IMG/VR virus record: IMGVR_UViG_3300021469_000002
Location: 1 to 64,000 of that record
From: a virus
Length of the DNA stretch: 64,000 nt
Direction: 5' to 3' (one strand)
Below the pieces are notes generated by a model that was not told the DNA's origin, did no database searches, and was given only the letters and a program-made list of their open reading frames with translations. Positions within the stretch are counted from its first letter, which is position 1, and the number at the start of each line of letters is the position of its first letter. A program made the translations under genes and the position numbers. This document shows positions 57,481 through 64,000 of the stretch, piece after piece.

Positions 57481-59706
57481 ATGCCTGAAGCAACTAGTAG
57501 ATTAAGGGTTTTGATAGACTTTATAGTAAGAAATTTGGGAGATGTAGGTAGAGCTGGTTCTGCATTAAATAATTTACTAACAGATGCACAAAAAACAGGA
57601 ATTACTTTTTTAAGAACTGGGGCTGCTGTTAAAAAAGGAACACGTGGTTTCTTAACAACAGCAGAAGCAATAGGAGAAATTGCGAAAATTCAAACTTTAA
57701 GCAAAATGAAAATGGATGCATACAAAGATATGATGGAAACCTTAAGATTAACTTCTGACGAACTTGAAGAAAAAATGAGAGTGGCTCATATAGAATTAAA
57801 AGAGGGGGGAATATGGTGGGATAGGATAAGAGGTAAAGAATTATCTGTTAGAGAAGCTACGGGAATATTAGGCAGGACGATGAAGAGATTTAAATTCGAA
57901 TTGCTTGGAGTGTTGTTTTTTGGTCAACAATTAGAAAGAACATTAAGAAGTTGGTTAAAACCAGCTATGGAGGCTTACGGAATTTTTGATATGTGGAATT
58001 CGATGTTAATGGTTGCATTTATTCCAACTATGGAAGATTTAGCTCCTATTCTTTATAGCATAATGTATTGGTTTATGGATTTGCCAGATCCTATTAAAGA
58101 AGCTATAGGATGGTTATTAGTAATAGGAATGGTTGCAGGAAAAGTTTTGGAATCGTTTGCAGTTTTGGGATTAGGCATAATTAGTTTAAAATTTACATTT
58201 CCTTGGATAGTAAAATTGGGTGGTATATTTGGAATTACAAGTACTGGAATAAAAGGAGCAGTTGATGGTGTTATAAGAACTTTAGCAGGAGTTGGTCCAA
58301 CTACTGCCATAACCGCAAAAGTTGCTGCAATTGCTCTTTTTAAATTTGCAGCAGTTGCTGCTATTGTTGGTTTAATTGTTTATTCTGTATGGAAAGAAAG
58401 CCAACACGCTATAAGTTTGTCCCAAAAAATGGAAATGGATAAAAGGAAAAAAGATTGGGATTCTTTCAGAACTCATGCTTTGATGAGATCAATTGAAATG
58501 CGAAGTTTAATTCCAAGAATTATTCATAGGATGTTATATACTGTAGGAAGTATTGTTCTTTCGGTTGCTGAATTTGTTGTTACAGGTCTTTGGGAAATGG
58601 CCGGTTGGGTTCTTCAAGCATTTTTGTGGCTTCCTAAACAAATTTTAAATGCATTAAAAGAAATACCCGGTATTGGTGATACTTTTAAATCTGCATTAGA
58701 GGCAATTGAAAAAGCAGAAGCAAACTTTTTAACATTTCATGCTCAAGTTAGTGCCGAAATTTCTAGACGGTTTGCTGATGCATCAGTAAATGCAGCATAT
58801 AATTTTGAAAAAGCAATGCAAGACATGAGATATGAAACAACTAAGCAAATGTTAGCAATGGGTATTCCAATCAAAGAAATTATAGCAGAATACGGAAAAG
58901 AAGAAGGAGCCTTAAAAGCTTTATATCAGGCTGCAAGTGAAGGAAAAATTTCAATGACTGAATTACAAAAAGCATTAGCCGAACAAACAGAAGCAACAGA
59001 AAGTTCTACTTCTGCTTTGGATATATTAAATTCTAATATTTATAATGTAAGCGAACAATTAAAAAGCTTTGAAAATATTGGAGAACAAGCATTTACGACT
59101 TTAGTTGATCAGAGCCAATATACTGCTAATGCATTAACTGCTGATTTAAATGAATTTATATCAAATGCTTCATCTAAATGGAATTTTATTCAACAAACAG
59201 CAGAAAACGCTTCAAATGAAATACAAACCAACTTTTCTGCTATGACAATAAATATAACAGATCAATTAAGTAATTTTCAAAGCCATGCCGAAGCAAATAT
59301 AACTACTGTTAATACAAAATATCAAGAATCATTAAATCAAATGGTAAATTCTACAAAAAACGCTGTTGCAAAAATAAACTCTGAATTAGATAAAATTAAA
59401 AAATCTATAACAACTACGCATACCATAATTGTAAAAAGAGTATATAGAACATTTTGGAGATTTGGTGGTTTTACGTTTTTCCAAGCAGGTGGAATTGTTA
59501 TGAGACCAACTCTTGGAGTTCTGGGGGAAAGAGGACCAGAAGCAGTTATCCCTTTAAGAAAATTAAAGGGTTTAGGTGGGGTTACCATAAATTATAATCC
59601 AACCATAAATATAACAGCAGAAATAACCCAAGAAATTGATATTGATAGAATGATGTCTAAAGTTGATGATTATATTGTTGGAAAATTAAAATCGATGGTG
59701 CATTAA
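57481..59706 (+). CDS. Tape measure protein
   Basis: 741 aa, helical and A/G-rich with hydrophobic segments; C-terminal FQAGGIV.RPT...GERGPEAVIPL. Confidence 0.88.
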   Translation: MPEATSRLRVLIDFIVRNLGDVGRAGSALNNLLTDAQKTGITFLRTGAAVKKGTRGFLTTAEAIGEIAKIQTLSKMKMDAYKDMMETLRLTSDELEEKMRVAHIELKEGGIWWDRIRGKELSVREATGILGRTMKRFKFELLGVLFFGQQLERTLRSWLKPAMEAYGIFDMWNSMLMVAFIPTMEDLAPILYSIMYWFMDLPDPIKEAIGWLLVIGMVAGKVLESFAVLGLGIISLKFTFPWIVKLGGIFGITSTGIKGAVDGVIRTLAGVGPTTAITAKVAAIALFKFAAVAAIVGLIVYSVWKESQHAISLSQKMEMDKRKKDWDSFRTHALMRSIEMRSLIPRIIHRMLYTVGSIVLSVAEFVVTGLWEMAGWVLQAFLWLPKQILNALKEIPGIGDTFKSALEAIEKAEANFLTFHAQVSAEISRRFADASVNAAYNFEKAMQDMRYETTKQMLAMGIPIKEIIAEYGKEEGALKALYQAASEGKISMTELQKALAEQTEATESSTSALDILNSNIYNVSEQLKSFENIGEQAFTTLVDQSQYTANALTADLNEFISNASSKWNFIQQTAENASNEIQTNFSAMTINITDQLSNFQSHAEANITTVNTKYQESLNQMVNSTKNAVAKINSELDKIKKSITTTHTIIVKRVYRTFWRFGGFTFFQAGGIVMRPTLGVLGERGPEAVIPLRKLKGLGGVTINYNPTINITAEITQEIDIDRMMSKVDDYIVGKLKSMVH

Positions 59707-59707
59707 T

Positions 59708-60112
59708 ATGACTAATAATATAACTTTAACAAAATCGGGAATAGGAACTGTTAGAATATTTACTGAGAAAGTAGAAGAAGTATATGAAAAGAAATTAAAT
59801 TTTATAAGAATACCTAGACCAAAAAATAAATGGGGATTGGGAGCAAAAACACAAATAGTTGATTTTTTAATAATTGTCAAAATTTTTAATATACATGGTT
59901 ATATTACAGGTTATGGAGGAGATAATGCTCAACAACAAAGGGCAAAATTAAGACAAATGATTGAAGCCGGTGGTGGAGTAACATTAAATTATGATGGAAC
60001 AAATTATAATGTTAATTTTAATAAATGTAGCATAACTGAAGAAGGAACAGATGAAGATACTCCTCAAGAATATGGAGTAATGTTATCTTTAGTAGTAGGG
60101 GGAGATAGATGA
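59708..60112 (+). CDS. Distal tail-like protein
   Basis: Small beta-rich protein directly after the tape measure gene. Confidence 0.5.
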   Translation: MTNNITLTKSGIGTVRIFTEKVEEVYEKKLNFIRIPRPKNKWGLGAKTQIVDFLIIVKIFNIHGYITGYGGDNAQQQRAKLRQMIEAGGGVTLNYDGTNYNVNFNKCSITEEGTDEDTPQEYGVMLSLVVGGDR

Positions 60113-63100
60113 AAACTAAATATAAATATATGGGAGCAATAGGAACAATTGTTATTCTTATTGTTTTAGTTACTACTTTATATCCAAAAGATTATCGTGC
60201 TATATTAGACCAGTATCCTAATGCTACTTATATTCTATTGGATTTTAAACAAAATGAAAAAATAGAAGTTTTAACCAAAGGTATATCAGATTATTTAAGA
60301 TGGAAATATGATAAAGATAAATTTGTTTTATATTCGGGAAGATATATTGCTGCTGAAGAAGATTGGCTAGTTTATTACAAACGAAATTGGCTTTCACTTG
60401 ATAAGGTCAATAATTTAAGTATTTGTAGTAGAATAACTCCAACAAGATGTTATGTCGATAATTATTATGAAAGATTAGCAAGAAAACCAAGCTTAATTAA
60501 ACTTTATTATACTAATACAACAAATAGTATAACAATTATCAAAGAGACCCCCTATTATGCTTATTCATATCCATCAGGGAGCGGCGGGATTTTAATTCAA
60601 AAAGCAACAATAACAGAAAAATCAACAATTTACAATTTTCCAGAAAATTATGAAATTCAATGGATTCCATCTTCTCAAAGACAAGATAACATACATAAAT
60701 TAGTTTGGCGGATTCAACATTTGGAATTCATTGAAAATTCGCCCAAAGGATACTTTAATGATACTGATTCGGTTAATTTCGGAAAAAATGTAAAAATTGT
60801 TTGGAAAGATGCTATGGATCAATTTGATTTTGGATATGCATTTGAGAATGAAAGTAAAATGATGATTTATTTCAAACCACAGATTGGTAATCAAACTTTA
60901 AACGTGAGAATTTTTGATCCTGTTATAACTTTGTATTTAGACGGCTTGTCTCAAAATAGATATTATGAAACAGGTTATCAAATAAATGCTACAGGAATAT
61001 CAGATAGTGGTGATGTTTGTTTATCCATCTATGCAAAAGGATATGGAGCTAATTATACTTGTGGAACAAATAATGTAGAAGTTGATTGGACTGCTTTTAC
61101 TAATCAACATATGTTTAACGATTCTACTGAATTGAAACAAATTTCTGCAAATACAACAGTATATATTGAATTTCATAATGAAAGCATAGTTTTACAAGAT
61201 GCTAAATGGAATTTTACTGGCATTCCTGCAAGTGGAGCAAAACAATTTTCAATTCATGCTTTTAATGATTCAAGTTCTATTAAATATCTTGTTTGGTCTG
61301 GTGGAAATGAAGGTCAAAATAAAACAGTTTGGATTAAAATTCCTAAAGAAGCCAATGTAACAAACGCTGTTTTAGATATTTATAGCAAAAAATTATTAAA
61401 TACTACAAGCAGTACTGCTAATTACGATTTGGGAGTACAAACTTATGCTCGTTATGCAACTTCAAATGGAAGCCATTTTGTTAATATTGAAAAATATGGA
61501 TTTGGTATAAGTTATGCTCGATTTTTTTATTATGATATGTCTGATGGTAGTTATGATGGTTATTGGGAACCTGAAAATTGTACTGCATATAGTGATGGTG
61601 GATATTATTGTTCTAGAATAGATTATGATGGAAATTATTATTGGATAATTGATAGTGCTTATAGAGAAATTCAAAAATATGATTCTGATGCTAATGGAAG
61701 AAATTTTATTGGCAAATGTGTTTATTCTGGAATGACTACTAATGATCCAGACGGACTAGTTCATGCTGATAATGGATATATTTATATTCCAAATAGCGAT
61801 GATGGATTATTTTATAAATACGATACTAATTGTAATTTAATAGAAACTATAGATATGTCAGATTGTGTGTTAGGGGATGGACCTTTAGACATAACTGATC
61901 ACGGAAGCGTATTTTATTTAATAACCGGCATGTGGAATGATAGAAAAATATGCATTTATGATGATTATGGAGAAACTTTTATTGGACTAATTGATGTTCC
62001 AGACACAGAAGTAGAAGAAGCATTTGGAATAGCAAATCAAGATAATGATTTATATATTTGGATAAACGATAATAGTCTAGATCCTGATTTTTGGAGATTT
62101 AATTTAAATTATGTAGAAAATCCATTTATGGATGCTACAAACGATACTGATATAGAATGGTCTCATAGTGGTGAATTTACCGAGGGCGAATCGCCCGAAA
62201 CCACTAATAGCTGGCATATAGAGATTAATGACACTTTGCCCAATTGCGATTGTTCGGGTTGTAACTTAGATGCAGATGGAAATTGTCATATACCTTTAGT
62301 TTTTGGAAGTGATGAAGTTGGTTATTTAAAAATAACTAACTTAGATATTGATTATAAATTAGGAGTGCCTACTGATATAGATATAGATATTGGTAATGAT
62401 GGAATTATTGACCATAGAATGCGTGGTTGGCTATATGGCAATACTTTACATCATTCTGAATTAAGTGATGGAAGCAAAACAAAGAATTTAACATATAATC
62501 AGGTTGAAGCAAAAACAATTTATTTTAATTTACCAAGAAAAAATATGTCTTATGCAACTTTTGAAGTCAATGGTTTTAGAAATCCATTTAATCAAACTTA
62601 TGAAAGTTGGAATGGTTTAATGTGTGCTTGCTATAGATCAAGTTTTGGACATATAGGAAGTTATATATATAGAATTGGAGGAATATGTATTAATTGTCCT
62701 GATAAAATTAAAAATGGAACTTTTGAATATGATCCTTCGACAGGTGAGGTTACAATGAAAGCTCAAGCTCCTGTTGATTTGGGTATGGACGTAAATGTTG
62801 TTGAATATAATGGAAATATTTATGTAAATGGAGGATATGGAAACCAAGAAAGTGGAAATCCGAATCCTGTTGCTGCTGTTTATAAATATGATAGAACAAC
62901 AAATACCTGGACACAGGTAGGGAATAATAATCCAAAACCTGTTGCTGGAGGAAACAATGTAGTTATTGGCGATGCTTGGTATATTCATGGTGGAATTAAT
63001 AGTAGTGGAGATTATGTTCATTGGTTAATGAAATATAATTTTACGACGGGAACTTGGACTGAATTATCCGAAGATGGTTTTACTGGTAGTTGGTATGGTA

Positions 63101-64000
63101 AATTCAGGGGAGCTGCAGCTCAAAATAAAAATGATACATTTTTAGTTTGGGGTGGTATAAGAAAAGGTGGTACTTATGCTAGCCCTTACACTTGGGAATA
63201 TAATATAACTTCAGATACATGGAATACTAGTTTAGGAGATCAAGCAGATTTGTCTAGGGGCGGTCAAGGTGGAATAAAAATTGGAAATTATATTTATAGT
63301 TTCGGAGGCTTTTATCAATGGGGAAGTACTTGTTATAATGATATTTATATTTGGAATGATACTTCTAGAGCGTGGGAAAAAATAAATAGTACATTAGCTT
63401 ATGCTAGCTGTTTATCTGATGCAGAAGAATTAGATTCTGGTGCTAATATATATCAGGTTTATATTCCCACAAGCGATTTTAGTTATTCATATATGTATGG
63501 TAGTGTAGGTTATTTTTATCCTGAAGATGCATATATTAATATTGGAGATGATGCAGACATAGAATGGAGTAAAACAAATGCTTTATATCAAACTGAAGCA
63601 CTTTCAGATTTTTCTTCAGAACTAAATGAATATTTAACTAACGAATGTAGCCAAGATATTTGTTTAGTTCCTATTATAGTTTATTCCAAAGGCGGGATAG
63701 TTGAAATTAGTCAAATAAGTATTGAATATAATCCTAATCCATTTGAATTGAACACATCAAAATTTACCGAATATATGCAAAATAATGTTATAGTACCAAT
63801 ATCAATAAATTCATCAAATTGGGAAGGCATTCTTAAAATTCACGATCTCGATTTTCCTTATTATGGTTCTCAGAACGTTACTATAATAGCACACACACCA
63901 AACTATGATACAAATGATACACATTATGCTTATATTGTATATTCAAATTTCTCTTTAAAAATTGCTTATGATTTGCCTTATTTTGAATTCTTTCCAGACA
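60109..64000 (+). CDS. Very large (>1290 aa, runs off the window) membrane-anchored protein with beta-propeller and Kelch repeats
   Basis: MKTKYKYMGAIGTIVILIVLVTTL signal anchor; no stop seen in the stretches read, and absent from the ORF track as expected for an unterminated frame. Kelch motifs IYVNGG..VYKYD..TNTW and WYIHGG..KYNFTTGTW; many N-x-S/T sequons. Confidence 0.8.
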   Translation, partial: MKTKYKYMGAIGTIVILIVLVTTLYPKDYRAILDQYPNATYILLDFKQNEKIEVLTKGISDYLRWKYDKDKFVLYSGRYIAAEEDWLVYYKRNWLSLDKVNNLSICSRITPTRCYVDNYYERLARKPSLIKLYYTNTTNSITIIKETPYYAYSYPSGSGGILIQKATITEKSTIYNFPENYEIQWIPSSQRQDNIHKLVWRIQHLEFIENSPKGYFNDTDSVNFGKNVKIVWKDAMDQFDFGYAFENESKMMIYFKPQIGNQTLNVRIFDPVITLYLDGLSQNRYYETGYQINATGISDSGDVCLSIYAKGYGANYTCGTNNVEVDWTAFTNQHMFNDSTELKQISANTTVYIEFHNESIVLQDAKWNFTGIPASGAKQFSIHAFNDSSSIKYLVWSGGNEGQNKTVWIKIPKEANVTNAVLDIYSKKLLNTTSSTANYDLGVQTYARYATSNGSHFVNIEKYGFGISYARFFYYDMSDGSYDGYWEPENCTAYSDGGYYCSRIDYDGNYYWIIDSAYREIQKYDSDANGRNFIGKCVYSGMTTNDPDGLVHADNGYIYIPNSDDGLFYKYDTNCNLIETIDMSDCVLGDGPLDITDHGSVFYLITGMWNDRKICIYDDYGETFIGLIDVPDTEVEEAFGIANQDNDLYIWINDNSLDPDFWRFNLNYVENPFMDATNDTDIEWSHSGEFTEGESPETTNSWHIEINDTLPNCDCSGCNLDADGNCHIPLVFGSDEVGYLKITNLDIDYKLGVPTDIDIDIGNDGIIDHRMRGWLYGNTLHHSELSDGSKTKNLTYNQVEAKTIYFNLPRKNMSYATFEVNGFRNPFNQTYESWNGLMCACYRSSFGHIGSYIYRIGGICINCPDKIKNGTFEYDPSTGEVTMKAQAPVDLGMDVNVVEYNGNIYVNGGYGNQESGNPNPVAAVYKYDRTTNTWTQVGNNNPKPVAGGNNVVIGDAWYIHGGINSSGDYVHWLMKYNFTTGTWTELSEDGFTGSWYGKFRGAAAQNKNDTFLVWGGIRKGGTYASPYTWEYNITSDTWNTSLGDQADLSRGGQGGIKIGNYIYSFGGFYQWGSTCYNDIYIWNDTSRAWEKINSTLAYASCLSDAEELDSGANIYQVYIPTSDFSYSYMYGSVGYFYPEDAYINIGDDADIEWSKTNALYQTEALSDFSSELNEYLTNECSQDICLVPIIVYSKGGIVEISQISIEYNPNPFELNTSKFTEYMQNNVIVPISINSSNWEGILKIHDLDFPYYGSQNVTIIAHTPNYDTNDTHYAYIVYSNFSLKIAYDLPYFEFFPD

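Noticed and set aside
44414-63021. Many short antisense or alternate-frame ORFs in the ORF track
   Set aside because: They are shadows of long, well-supported genes and lack RBSs or motifs. The same applies to antisense ORFs in 0.2-42 kb.
1-64000. Integrase/att sites, replicative polymerase, or a specific host assignment
   Set aside because: None recognisable in this window. The host can only be placed within Archaea without searches.

Overview
AT-rich 64-kb segment of a tailed (siphovirus-like, Caudoviricetes) virus or provirus of an archaeon. The archaeal host is inferred from BRE-TATA promoters, GGAGGTG ribosome-binding sites, a histone-fold gene, Alba and an archaeal-type RNase HII. Layout: an iteron-like repeat region (1-335); a rightward block of chromatin, replication and small accessory genes with a TGT/DpdA-like transglycosylase and an AEP-like gene (0.4-10 kb); a 10-kb nucleotide-sugar, glycosyltransferase, radical-SAM and methyltransferase cluster (10-20.7 kb); a leftward block with RNase HII, an ATPase, an ATP-dependent ligase and Ku (20.7-29 kb); and a rightward morphogenesis region (TerL, portal, protease/scaffold, major capsid protein, neck, two tail-tube paralogs, tape measure). 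The morphogenesis region also holds two very large membrane-anchored, sequon-rich proteins and a TnpB-only IS200/IS605 element. The best candidate for a new system is a 1606-aa intein-containing multi-enzyme protein (MBL hydrolase, ASCH-like, Pol-beta-type nucleotidyltransferase, ATP-dependent ligase, LigD 3'-phosphoesterase) encoded between portal and prohead protease. With Ku, a second ligase and the AEP it would form a virus-encoded, possibly virion-delivered end-joining toolkit. Other notable signals: two genes that appear to start at ATC, an SSB with an RPA2/MCM-type winged-helix tail, and several structured intergenic RNAs. All calls come from reading motifs by eye; no searches were run.
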